From positions 52,948,001 to 53,012,000 of the forward strand of contig OZ024744.1 in assembly GCA_964016885.1 (NCBI GenBank): a stretch of 64,000 nucleotides of DNA. The letters are read 5' to 3'. Under the pieces are notes generated by a model that saw only the letters and a program-made list of their open reading frames with translations, was not told where the DNA came from and did not search any database. Every line of letters begins with the position of its first letter. Within the stretch, counting starts at the first letter, position 1. The position numbers were made by a program, and so were the translations under genes. The DNA is from Eledone cirrhosa (taxonomy: Eukaryota). Below are positions 11,801 to 26,600 of this stretch, one piece after another.

Positions 11801-14800
11801 ACAAGACTACACCAGCACCTCTCTCTCATTCTAGTGACAAGTGTAAGACAGGTGACCAGTAAACATATCAACTACAAGACTACACCAGCACCTATCTCTC
11901 AGTCTAGTGACAAGTGTAAGACATGTGACCAGTAAACATATCAACTACAAGACTACACCAGCACCTCTCTCTCCGTCTAGTGACAAGTGTAAGCCATGTG
12001 ACCAGTAATCACATCAACTACAAGACTACACCAGCACCTCTCTCTCAGTCTAGTGCCAAGTGTAAGGCATGTGACCAGTAAACACATCAACTACAAGACT
12101 ACACCAGCACCTCTCTCTCAGTCTAGTGACAAGTGTAAGGCATGTGACCAGTAAACATATCAACTACAAGACTACACCATCATCTCTCTCTCAGTCTAGT
12201 GACAAGTGTAAGGCATGTGACCAGTAAACATATCAACTACAAGACTACACTAGCACCTCTCTCTCAGTCTAGAGACAAGTGTAAGTCATGTGACCAGTAA
12301 ACATATCAACTACAAGACTACGCCAGCACCTCTGTCTCAGTCTAGTGACAAGTGTAAGTCATGTGACCAGTAAACATATCAACTACAAGACTACGCCAGC
12401 ACCTCTGTCTCAGTCTAGTGACAAGTGTAAGACATGTGACCAGTAAACATCTCAACTACAAGACTACACCAGCACCTCTCTCTCAGTCTAGTGACAAGTG
12501 TAAGCCATGTGACCAGTAATCACATCAACTACAGGACTACACCAGCACCTTTCTCTCAGTCTAGTGACAAGTGTAAGACATGTGACCAGTAAAGATATCA
12601 ACTACAAGACTACACCAGCACCTCTCTCTCAGTCTAGTGACAAGTGTAAGACATGTGACCTGTAAACACATCAACTACAAGACTACACCAGCACCTCTCT
12701 CTCAGTCTAGTGACAAGTGTAAGGCATGTGACCAGTAAACACATTAACTACAAGACTACACCAGCCCCTCTCTCTCAGTCTAGTGACAAGTGTAAGACAT
12801 GTGACCAGTAAACATATCAACTACAAGACTACACCAGCACCTCTCTCTCAGTCTAGTGACAAGTGTAAGACATGTGACCAGTAAACATATCAACTACAAG
12901 CCTACACCAGCACCTCTCTCTCAGTCTACTGACAAGTGTAAGCCATGTGACCAGTAAACATATCAACTACAAGACTACACCAGCACCACTCTCTCAGTCT
13001 AGTGACAAGTGTAAGACATGTGACCAGTAAACACATCAACTACAAGACTACACCAGCACCTCTCTCTCAGTCTAGTGACAAGTGTAAGTCATGTGACCAG
13101 TAAACATATCAACTACAAGACTACACCAGCACCTCTCTCTCAGTCTAGTGACAAGTGTAAGACATGTGACCAGTAAACATATCAACTACAAGACTACACC
13201 AGCACCTCTCTCTCAGTCTAGTGACAAGTGTAAGACATGTGACCTGTAAACATATCAACTACAAGACTACACCAGCACCTCTCTCTCAGTCTAGTGACAA
13301 GTGTAAGACATGTGACCAGTAAACATATCAACTACAAGACTACACCAGCACCACTCTCTCAGTCTAGTGACAAGTGTAAGACATGTGACCAGTAAACATA
13401 TCAACTACAAGACTACACCAGCACCTCTCTCTCAGTCTAGTGACAAGTGTAAGACATGTGACCAGTAAACATATCAACTACAAGACTACACCAGCACCTC
13501 TCTCACAGTCTAGTGACAAGTGTAAGACATGTGACCAGTAAACATATCAACTACAAGACTACACCAGCACCACTCTCTCAGTCTAGTGACAAGTGTAAGT
13601 CATGTGATCAGTAAACATCTCAACTACAAGACTACACCAGCACCTCTCTCTCAGTCTAGTGACAAGTGTAAGACATGTGACCAGTAAACATATCAACTAC
13701 AAGACTACGCCAGACCCTCTCTCTCAGTCTAGTGACAAGTGTAAGACATGTGACCAGTAAACATATCAACTACAAGACTACACCAGCACCTCTCTCTCAG
13801 TCTAGTGACAAGTGTAAGTCATGTGACCAGTAAACATATCAACGAAAAGACTACACCAGCACCTCTCTCTCAGTCTAGTGACAAGTGTAAGACATGTGAC
13901 CAGTAAACATATCAACTACAAGACTACACCAGCACCTCTCTCTCAGTCGAGTGACAAGTGTAAGCCATGTGACCAGTAAACACATCAACTACAAGACTAC
14001 ACCAGCACCTCTCTCTCAGTCTAGTGACAAGTGTAAGACATGTGACCAGTAAACATATCAACTACAAGCCTACACCAGCACCTCTCTCTCAGTCTACTGA
14101 CAAGTGTAAGTCATGTGACCAGTAAACATATCAACGAAAAGACTACACCAGCACCACTCTCTCAGTCTAGTGACAAGTGTAAGACATGTCACCAGTAAAC
14201 ATATCAACTACAAGACTACACCAGCACCTCTCTCTCAGTCTAGTGACAAGTGTAAGACATGTGACCAGTAAACATATCAACTACAAGACTACACCAGCAC
14301 CTCTCTCTCAGTCTAGTGACAAGTGTAAGACATGTGACCAGTAAACATATCAACTACAAGACTACACCAGCACCTCTCTCTCCGTCTAGTGACAAGTGTA
14401 AGGCATGTGACCAGTAAACACATCAACTACAAGACTACACCAGCACCACTCTCTCTCAGACTACTGACAAGTGTAAGTCATGTGACCAGTAAACATATCA
14501 ACTACAAGACTACACCAGCACCACTCTCTCAGTCTAGTGACAAGTGTAAGACAGGTGACCAGTAAACATATCAACTACAAGACTACACCAGCACCTATCT
14601 CTCAGTCTAGTGACAAGTGTAAGTCATGTGACCAGTAAACATATCAACTACAAGACTACGCCAGCACCTCTGTCTCAGTCTAGTGACAAGTGTAAGACAT
14701 GTGACCAGTAAACATATCAACTACAAGACTACACTAGCACCTCTCTCTCAGTCTAGAGACAAGTGTAACTCATGTGACCAGTAAACATATCAACTACAAG

Positions 14801-17089
14801 ACTACACCATCACCTCTCTCTAAGTCTAGTGACAAGTGTATGCCATGTGACCAGTAAACATATCAACTACAAGACTACACCAGCACCACTCTCTCAGTCT
14901 AGTGACAAGTGTAAGTCATGTGACCAGTAAACATCTCAACTACAAGACTACACCAGCACCTCTCTCTCAGTCTAGTGACAAGTGTAAGCCATGTGACCAG
15001 TAATCACATCAACTACAGGACTACACCAGCACCTTTCTCTCAGTCTAGTGACAAGTGTAAGACATGTGACCAGTAAAGATATCAACTACAAGACTACACC
15101 AGCACCTCTCTCTCAGTCTAGTGACAAGTGTAAGACATGTGACCTCTAAACACATCAACTACAAGACTACACCAGCACCTCTCTCTCAGTCTAGTGACAA
15201 GTGTAAGCCATGTGACCAGTAAACATATCAACTACAAGACTACACCAGCACCTCTCTCTCAGTCTAGTGACAAGTGTAAGACATGTGACCAGTAAACATA
15301 TCAACTACAAGACTACACCAGCACCTCTCTCTCAGTCTAGTGACAAGTGTAAGCCATGTGACCAGTAAACACATCAACTACAAGACTACACCAGCACCTC
15401 TCTCTCAGTCTAGTGACAAGTGTAAGGCATGTGACCAGTAAACACATTAACTACAAGACTACACCAGCCCCTCTCTCTCAGTCTAGTGACAAGTGTAAGA
15501 CATGTGACCAGTAAACATATCAACTACAAGACTACACCAGCACCTCTCTCTCAGTCTAGTGACAAGTGTAAGACATGTGACCAGTAAACATATCAACTAC
15601 AAGCCTACACCAGCACCTCTCTCTCAGTCTACTGACAAGTGTAAGCCATGTGACCAGTAAACATATCAACTACAAGACTACACCAGCACCACTCTCTCAG
15701 TCTAGTGACAAGTGTAAGACATGTGACCAGTAAACATATCAACTACAAGACTACACCAGCACCTCTCTCTCAGTCTAGTGACAAGTGTAAGGCATGTGAC
15801 CAGTAAACACATTAACTACAAGACTACACCAGCCCCTCTCTCTCAGTCTAGTGACAAGTGTAAGACATGTGACCAGTAAACATATCAACTACAAGACTAC
15901 ACCAGCACCTCTCTCTCAGTCTAGTGACAAGTGTAAGACATGTGACCAGTAAACATATCAACTACAAGCCTACACCAGCACCTCTCTCTCAGTCTACTGA
16001 CAAGTGTAAGCCATGTGACCAGTAAACATATCAACTACAAGACTACACCAGCACCACTCTCTCAGTCTAGTGACAAGTGTAAGACATGTGACCAGTAAAC
16101 ACATCAACTACAAGACTACACCAGCACCTCTCTCTCAGTCTAGTGACAAGTGTAAGTCATGTGACCAGTAAACATATCAACTACAAGACTACACCAGCAC
16201 CTCTCTCTCAGTCTAGTGACAAGTGTAAGACATGTGACCAGTAAACATATCAACTACAAGACTACACCAGCACCTCTCTCTCAGTCTAGTGACAAGTGTA
16301 AGACATGTGACCTGTAAACATATCAACTACAAGACTACACCAGCACCTCTCTCTCAGTCTAGTGACAAGTGTAAGACATGTGACCAGTAAACATATCAAC
16401 TACAAGACTACACCAGCACCACTCTCTCAGTCTAGTGACAAGTGTAAGACATGTGACCAGTAAACATATCAACTACAAGACTACACCAGCACCTCTCTCT
16501 CAGTCTAGTGACAAGTGTAAGACATGTGACCAGTAAACATATCAACTACAAGACTACACCAGCACCTCTCTCACAGTATAGTGACAAGTGTAAGACATGT
16601 GACCAGTAAACATATCAACTACAAGACTACACCAGCACCACTCTCTCAGTCTAGTGACAAGTGTAAGTCATGTGATCAGTAAACATCTCAACTACAAGAC
16701 TACACCAGCACCTCTCTCTCAGTCGAGTGACAAGTGTAAGCCATGTGACCAGTAAACACATCAACTACAAGACTACACCAGCACCTCTCTCTCAGTCTAG
16801 TGACAAGTGTAAGACATGTGACCAGTAAACATATCAACTACAAGCCTACACCAGCACCTCTCTCTCAGTCTACTGACAAGTGTAAGTCATGTGACCAGTA
16901 AACATATCAACGAAAAGACTACACCAGCACCACTCTCTCAGTCTAGTGACAAGTGTAAGACATGTGACCAGTAAACATATCAACTACAAGACTACACCAG
17001 CACCTCTCTCTCAGTCTAGTGACAAGTGTAAGACATGTGACCAGTAAACATATCAACTACAAGACTACACCAGCACCTCTCTCTCAGTC

Positions 17090-17673
17090 TAGTGACAAGT
17101 GTAAGACATGTGACCAGTAAACATATCAACTACAAGACTACACCAGCACCTCTCTCTCCGTCTAGTGACAAGTGTAAGGCATGTGACCAGTAAACACATC
17201 AACTACAAGACTACACCAGCACCTCTATCTCAGTCTAGTGACAAGTGTAAGCCATGTGACCAGTAAACATATCAACTACAAGCCTACACCAGCACCTCTC
17301 TCTCAGTCTACTGACAAGTGTAAGTCATGTGACCAGTAAACATATCAACTACAAGACTACACCAGCACCTCTCTCTCAGTCTAGTGACAAGTGTAAGACA
17401 TGTGACCAGTAAACATATCAACTACAAGACTACACCAGCACCTCTCTCTCCGTCTAGTGACAAGTGTAAGGCATGTGACCAGTAAACACATCAACTACAA
17501 GACTACACCAGCACCTCTATCTCAGTCTAGTGACAAGTGTAAGCCATGTGACCAGTAAACATATCAACTACAAGCCTACACCAGCACCTCTCTCTCAGTC
17601 TACTGACAAGTGTAAGTCATGTGACCAGTAAACATATCAACTACAAGACTACACCAGCACCTCTCTCTCAGTC
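17090..17673 (+). repeat. Tandem 4-monomer (292-bp) higher-order repeat, 2 copies
   Basis: CTCCGTC at ~17157 and ~17449 (offset 292). Each is followed by GGC+ACAC+CTCTATC, then AAGCCT+CTACTG, then a GTC unit. Confidence 0.85.
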
Positions 17674-20600
17674 TAGTGACAAGTGTAAGCCATGTGACCA
17701 GTAAACATATCAACTACAAGCCTACACCAGCACCTCTCTCTCAGTCTACTGACAAGTGTAAGTCATGTGACCAGTAAACATATCAACTACAAGCCTACAC
17801 CAGCACCTCTCTCTCAGTCTACTGACAAGTGTAAGACATGTGACCAGTAAACATATCAACTACAAGACTACACCAGCACCTCTCTCTCAGTCTAGTGACA
17901 AGTGTAAGCCATGTGACCAGTAAACATATCAACTACAAGCCTACACCAGCACCTCTCTCTCAGTCTACTGACAAGTGTAAGTCATGTGACCAGTAAACAT
18001 ATCAACTACAAGACTACACCAGCACCTCTCTCTCAGTCTAGTGACAAGTGTAAGCCATGTGACCAGTAAACATATCAACTACAAGCCTACACCAGCACCT
18101 CTCTCTCAGTCTACTGACAAGTGTAAGTCATGTGACCAGTAAACATATCAACTACAAGCCTACACCAGCACCTCTCTCTCAGTCTACTGACAAGTGTAAG
18201 ACATGTGACCAGTAAACATATCAACTACAAGACTACACCAGCACCTCTCTCTCAGTCTAGTGACAAGTGTAAGACATGTGACCAGTAAACATATCAACTA
18301 CAAGACTACACCAGCACCTCTCTCTCAGTCTAGTGACAAGTGTAAGGCATGTGACCAGTAAACACATCAACTACAAGACTACACCAGCACCTCTCTCTCA
18401 GTCTAGTGACAAGTGTAAGCCATGTGACCAGTAAACATATCAACTACAAGCCTACACCAGCACCTCTCTCTCAGTCTACTGACAAGTGTAAGTCATGTGA
18501 CCAGTAAACATATCAACTACAAGACTACACCAGCACCACTCTCTCAGTCTAGTGACAAGTGTAAGACAGGTGACCAGTAAACATATCAACTACAAGACTA
18601 CACCAGCACCTCTCTCTCAGTCTAGTGACAAGTGTAAGACATGTGACCAGTAAACATATCAACTACAAGACTACACCAGCACCACTCTCTCAGTCTAGTG
18701 ACAAGTGTAAGACATGTGACCAGTAAACACATCAACTACAAGACTACACCAGCACCACTCTCTCAGTCTAGTGACAAGTGTAAGACATGTGACCAGTAAA
18801 CATATCAACTACAAGACTACACCAGCACCTCTCTCTCCGTCTAGTGACAAGTGTAAGCCATGTGACCAGTAATCACATCAACTACAAGACTACACCAGCA
18901 CCTCTCTCTCAGTCTAGTGCCAAGTGTAAGGCATGTGACCAGTAAACACATCAACTACAAGACTACACCAGCACCTCTCTCTCAGTCTAGTGACAAGTGT
19001 AAGCCATGTGACCAGTAAACATATCAACTACAAGACTACACCATCATCTCTCTCTCAGTCTAGTGACAAGTGTAAGGCATGTGACCAGTAAACATATCAA
19101 CTACAAGACTACACCATCATCTCTCTCTCAGTCTAGTGACAAGTGTAAGGCATGTGACCAGTAAACATATCAACTACAAGACTACACCAGCACCACTCTC
19201 TCAGTCTAGTGACAAACCTAAGCCATGTGACCAGTAAACATATCAACTACAAGACTACACCATCACCTCTCTCTCAGTCTAGTGACAAGTGTAAGCCATG
19301 TGACCAGTAAACACATCAAATACAAGACTACACCAGCACCTCTCTCTCAGTCTAGTAACAAGTGTAAGGCATGTGACCAGTAAACATATCAACTACAAGA
19401 CTACACCAGCACCTCTCTCTCAGTCAAGTGACAAGTGTAAGACATGTGACCAGTAATCATATCAACTACAAGACTACACCAGCACCTCTCTCTCAGTCTA
19501 GTGACAAGTGTAAGCCATGTGACCAGTAAATATATCAACTACAAGACTACACCAACACCACTCTCTCAGTCTAGTGACAAGTGTAAGCCATGTGACCAGT
19601 AAACATATCAACTACAAGACTACACCAGCACCTCTCTCTCAGTCTAGTGACAAGTGTAAGACATGTGACCAGTAAACATATCAACTACAAGACTACACCA
19701 GCACCACTCTCTCAGTCTAGTGACAAACCTAAGCCATGTGACCAGTAAACATATCAACTACAAGACTACACCATCACCTCTCTCTCAGTCTAGTGACAAG
19801 TGTAAGCCATGTGACCAGTAAACATATCAACTACTTGACTACACCAGCACCACTCTCTCAGTCTAGTGACAAGTGTAAGACAGGTGACCAGTAAACATAT
19901 CAACTACAAGACTACACCAGCACCTCTCTCTCAGTCTAGTGACAAGTGTAAGACATGTGACCAGTAAACATATCAACTACAAGACTACACCAGCACCACT
20001 CTCTCAGTCTAGTGACAAGTGTAAGACATGTGACCAGTAAACACATCAACTACAAGACTACACCAACACCTCTATCTCAGTCTAGTGACAAGTGTAAGTC
20101 ATGTGACCAGTAAACATATCAACTACAAGACTACACCAGCACCTCTCTCTCAGTCTAGTGACAAGTGTAAGACATGTGACCAGTAAACATATCAACTACA
20201 AGACTACACCAGCACCTCTCTCTCAGTCTAGTGACAAGTGTAAGCCATGTGACCAGTAAACACATCAAATACAAGACTACACCAGCACCTCTCTCTCAGT
20301 CTAGTGACAAGTGTAAGGCATGTGACCAGTAAACATATCAACTACAAGACTACACCAGCACCTCTCTCTCAGTCAAGTGACAAGTGTAAGACATGTGACC
20401 AGTAATCATATCAACTACAAGACTACACCAGCACCTCTCTCTCAGTCTAGTGACAAGTGTAAGCCATGTGACCAGTAAATATATCAACTACAAGACTACA
20501 CCAGCACCACTCTCTCAGTCTAGTGACAAGTGTAAGCCATGTGACCAGTAAACATATCAACTACAAGACTACACCAGCACCTCTCTCTCAGTCTAGTGAC

Positions 20601-23600
20601 AAGTGTAAGACATGTGACCAGTAAACATATCAACTACAAGACTACACCAGCACCTCTCTCTCAGTCTAGTGACAAGTGTAAGACATGTGACCAGTAAACA
20701 TATCAACTACAAGACTACACCAGCACCTCTCTCTCAGTCTAGTGACAAGTGTAAGACATGTGACCAGTAAACATATCAACTACAAGACTACACCAGCACC
20801 TCTCTCTCAGTCTAGTGACAAGTGTAAGACATGTGACCAGTAAACATATCAACTACAAGACTACACCAGCACCTCTCTCTCAGTCTAGTGACAAGTGTAA
20901 GACATGTGACCAGTAACTACATCAACTACAAGACTACACCAGCACCTCTCTCTCAGACTAGTGACAAGTGTAAGACATGTGACCAGTAAACATATCAACT
21001 ACAAGACTACACCAGCACCACTCTCTCAGTTTAGTGACAAGTGTAAGACATGTGACCAGTAAACATATCAACTACAAGACTACACCAGCACCTCTCTCTC
21101 AGTCTAGTGACAAGTGTAAGCCATGTGACCAGTAAACACATCAACTACAAGACTACACCAGCACCTCTCTCTCAGTTTAGTGACAAGTGTAAGACATGTG
21201 ACCAGTAAACACATCAACTACAAGACTACACCAGCACCTCTCTCTCAGTCTAGTGACAGGTGTAAGTCATGTGATCAGTAAACATATCAACTACAAGACT
21301 ACACCAGCACCTCTCTCTCAGTCTAGTGACAAGTGTAAGACATGTGACCAGTAAACACATCAACTACAAGACTACACCAGCACCTCTCTCTCAGTCTAGT
21401 GACAAGTGTAAGTCATGTGATCAGTAAACATATCAACTACAAGACTACACCAGCACCTCTCTCTCAGTTTAGTGACAAGTGTAAGTCATGTGACCAGTAA
21501 ACACATCAACTACAAGACTACACCAGCACCACTCTCTCAGTCTAGTGACAAGTGTAAGACATGTGACCAGTAAACATATCAACTACAAGACTACACCAGC
21601 ACCACTCTTTCAGTCTAGTGACAAGTGTAAGACATGTGACCAGTAAACATATCAACTACAAGACTACACCAGCCCCTCTCTCTCAGTCTAGTGACAAGTG
21701 TAAGACATGTGACCAGTAAACACATCAACTACAAGACTACACCAGCACCTCTCTCTCAGTCTAGTGACAAGTGTAAGACATGTGACCACTAAACATATCA
21801 ACTACAAGACTACACCAGCACCTCTCTCTCAGTCTAGTGACAAGTGTAAGACAGGTGACCAGTAATTACATCAACTACAAGACTACACCAGCATCTCTCT
21901 CTCAGTCTAGTGACAAGTGTAAGACAGGTGACCAGTAAACATATCAACTACAAGACTACACCAGCACCTCTCTCTCAGTCTAGTGACAAGTGTAAGACAT
22001 GTGACCAGTAAACACATCAAATACAAGACTACACCAGCACCTCTCTCTCAGTCTAGTGACAAGTGTAAGACATGTGACCAGTAATCATATCAACTACAAG
22101 ACTACACCAGCACCACTCTCTCAGTCTAGTGCCAAGTGTAAGACATGTGACCAGTAATCATATCAACTACAAGACTACACCATCACCTCTCTCTCAGTCT
22201 AGTGACAAGTGTAAGTCATGTGACCAGTAAACACATCATCTACAAGACTACACCAGCACCTCTCTCTCAGTCTAGTGACAAGTGTAAGCCATGTGACCAG
22301 TAAACACATCAACTACAAGACTACACCAGCACCTCTCTCTCAGTCTAGTGACAAGTGTAAGACATGTGACCAGTAATTACATCAACTACAAGACTACACC
22401 AGCACCTCTCTCTCAGTCTAGTGACAAGTGTAACACATGTGACCAGTAAACATATCAACTACAAGACTACACCAGCACCTCTCTCTCAGTCTAGTGACAA
22501 GTGTAAGACATGTGACCAGTAAACATATCAACTACAAGACTACACCAGTACCTCTCTCTCAGTCTAGTGACAAGTGTAAGACATGTGACCAGTAATCATA
22601 TCAACTACAAGACTACACCAGCACCACTCTCTCAGTCTAGTGACAAGTGTAAGCCATGTGACCAGTAAACATATCAACTACAAGACTACACCATCACCTC
22701 TCTCTCAGTCTAGTGACAAGTGTAAGACATGTGACCAGTAAACATATCAACTACAAGACTACACCAGCACCTCTCTCTCAGTCTAGTGACAAGTGTAAGA
22801 CATGTGACCAGTAAACATATCAACTACAAGACTACACCATCACCTCTCTCTCAGTCTAGTGACAAGTGTAAGACATGTGACCAGTAAACATATCAACTAC
22901 AAGACTACACCAGCACCTCTCTCTCAGTCTAGTGACAAGTGTAAGACATGTGACCAGTAAACATATCAACTACAAGACTACACCAGCACCTCTCTCTCAG
23001 TCTAGTGACAAGTGTAAGACATGTGACCAGTAAACATATCAACTACAAGACTACACCAGCACCTCTCTCTCAGTCTAGTGACAAGTGTAAGACATGTGAC
23101 CAGTAAACATATCAACTACAACACTACACCAGCACCTCTCTCTCAGTCTAGTGACAAGTGTAAGCCATGTGACCAGTAAACATATCAACTACAAGACTAC
23201 ACCAGCACCACTCTCTCAGTCTAGTGACAAGTGTAAGCCATGTGACCAGTAAACATATCAACTACAAGACTACACCAGCACCTCTCTCTCAGTCTAGTGA
23301 CAAGTGTAAGACATGTGACCAGTAAACATATCAACTACAAGACTACACCAGCACCTCTCTCTCAGTCTAGTGACAAGTGTAAGTCATGTGACCAGTAAAC
23401 ATATCAACTACAAGACTACACCAGCACCACTCTCTCAGTCTAGTGCCAAGTGTAAGACATGTGACCAGTAATCATATCAACTACAAGACTACACCATCAC
23501 CTCTCTCTCAGTTTAGTGACAAGTGTAAGACAAGTGACAAGTAAACATATCAACTACAAGACTACACCAGCACCTCTCTCTCAGTCTAGTGACAAGTGTA

Positions 23601-26600
23601 AGACATGTGACCAGTAACTACATCAACTACAAGACTACACCAGCACCTCTCTCTCAGTCTAGTGACAAGTGTAAGACATGTGACCAGTAAACACATCAAC
23701 TACAAGACTACACCAGCACCTCTCTCTCAGTCTAGTGACAAGTGTAAGACATGTGACCAGTAAACATATCAACTACAAGACTACACCAGCACCTCTCTCT
23801 CAGTCTAGTGACAAGTGTAAGACATGTGACCAGTAAACATATCAACTACAAGACTACACCAGCACCACTCTCTCAGTCTAGTGACAAGTGTAAGACATGT
23901 GACCAGTAAACACATCAACTACAAGACTACACCAGCACCTCTCTCTCAGTCTAGTGACAAGTGTAAGTCATGTGACCAGTAAACATATCAACTACAAGAC
24001 TACACCAGCAGCACTCTCTCAGTCTAGTGACAAGTGTAAGACATGTGACCAGTAATTACATCAACTACAAGACCACACCAGCACCTCTCTCTCAGTCTAG
24101 TGACAAGTGTAAGACATGTGACCAGTAAACACATCAACTACAAGACTACACCAGCACCTCTCTCTCAGTCTAGTGACAAGTGTAACTCATGTGACCAGTA
24201 ATTACATCAACTACAAGACTACACCAGCACCACTCTCTCAGTCTAGTGACAAGTGTAAGACATGTGACCAGTAAACATATCAACTACAAGACTACACCAG
24301 CACCTCTCTCTCAGTCTAGTGACAAGTGTAACTCATGTGACCAGTAAACATATCAACTACAAGACTACACCAGCACCACTCTCTCAGTCTAGTGACAAGT
24401 GTAAGCCATGTGACCAGTAAACATATCAACTAGAAGACTACACCAGCACCTCTCTCTCAGTCTAGTGACAAGTGTAAGACATGTGACCAGTAAACATATC
24501 AACTACAAGACTACACCAGCACCTCTCTCTCAGTCTAGTGACAAGTGTAAGACATGTGACCAGTAAACATATCAACTACAAGACTACACCAGCACCTCTC
24601 TCTCAGTCTAGTGACAAGTGTAAGACATGTGACCAGTAAACATATCAACTACAAGACTACACCAGCACCTCTCTCTCAGTCTAGTGACAAGTGTAAGCCA
24701 TGTGACCAGTAAACATATCAACTAGAAGACTACACCAGCACCTCTCTCTCAGTCTAGTGACAAGTGTAAGACATGTGACCAGTAAACATCTCAACTACAA
24801 GACTACACCAGCACCTCTCTCTCAGTCTAGTGACAAGTGTAAGACATGTGACCAGTAAACATATCAACTACAAGACTACACCAGCACCTCTCTCTCAGTC
24901 TAGTGACAAGTGTAAGACATGTGACCAGTAAACATATCAACTACAAGACTACACCAGCACCTCTCTCTCAGTCTAGTGACAAGTGTAAGACATGTGACCA
25001 GTAAACATATCAACTACAAGACTACACCAGCACCTCTCTCTCAGTCTAGTGACAAGTGTAAGACATGTGACCAGTAAACATATCAACTACAAGACTACAC
25101 CAGCACCACTCTCTCAGTCTAGTGACAAGTGTAACTCATGTGACCAGTAAACATATCAACTACAAGACTACACCAGCACCTCTCTCTCAGTCTAGTGACA
25201 AGTGTAAGACATGTGACCAGTAAACATATCAACTACAAGACTACACCAGCACCTCTCTCTCAGTCTAGTGACAAGTGTAACTCATGTGACCAGTAATTAC
25301 ATCAACTACAAGATTACACCAGCACCTCTCTCTCAGTCTAGTGACAAGTGTAAGTCATGTGACCAGTAAACATATCAACTACAAGACTACACCAGCACCT
25401 CTCTCTCAGTCTAGTGACAAGTGTAACTCATGTGACCAGTAAACATATCAACTACAAGACTACACCAGCACCTCTCTGTCAGTCTAGTGACAAGTGTAAC
25501 TCATGTGACCAGTAATTACATCAACTACAAGACTACACCAGCACCTCTCTCTCAGTCTAGTGACAAGTGTAACTCATGTGACCAGTAATTACATCAACTA
25601 CAAGATTACACCAGCACCTCTCTCTCAGTCTAGTGACAAGTGTAAGTCATGTGACCAGTAAACACATCAACTACAAGACTACACCAGCACCACTCTCTCA
25701 GTCTAGTGACAAGTGTAAGACATGTGACCAGTAATCATATCAACTACAAGACTACACCAGCACCTCTCTCTCAGTCTAGTGACAAGTGTAAGTCATGTGA
25801 CCAGTAAACATATCAACTACAAGACTACACCAGCACCTCTCACTCAGTCTAGTGACAAGTGTAAGACATGTGACCAGGAATTACATCAACTACAAGACTA
25901 CACCAGCACCTCTCTCTCAGTCTAGTGACAAGTGTAAGACATGTGACCAGTAAACATATCAACTACAAGATTACACCAGCACCTCTCTCTCAGTCAAGTG
26001 ACAAGTGTAAGACATGTGACCAGTAAACATATCAACTACAAGACTACACCAGCACCTCTCTCTCAGTCTAGTGACAAGTGTAAGACATGTGACCAGTAAA
26101 CATATCAACTACAAGACTACACCAGCACCTCTCTCTCAGTCTAGTGACAAGTGTAACTCATGTGACCAGTAAACATATCAACTACAAGACTACACCAGCA
26201 ACTCTCTCTCAGTCTAGTGCCAAGTGTAAGACATGTGAACAGTAAACACATCAACTACAAGACTACACCAGCACCTCTCTCTCAGTCTAGTGACAAGTGT
26301 AAGACATGTGACCAGTAAACATATCAACTACAAGACTACACCAGCACCTCTCTCTCAGTCTAGTGACAAGTGTAAGCCATGTGACCAGTAAACATATCAA
26401 CTACAAGACTACACCAGCACCTCTCTCTCAGTCTAGTGACAAGTGTAACTCATGTGACCAGTAAACATATCAACTACAAGACTACACCAGCACCTCTCTC
26501 TCAGTCTAGTGCCAAGTGTAAGACATGTGAACAGTAAACACATCAACTACAAGACTACACCAGCACCTCTCTCTCAGTCTAGTGACAAGTGTAAGACATG

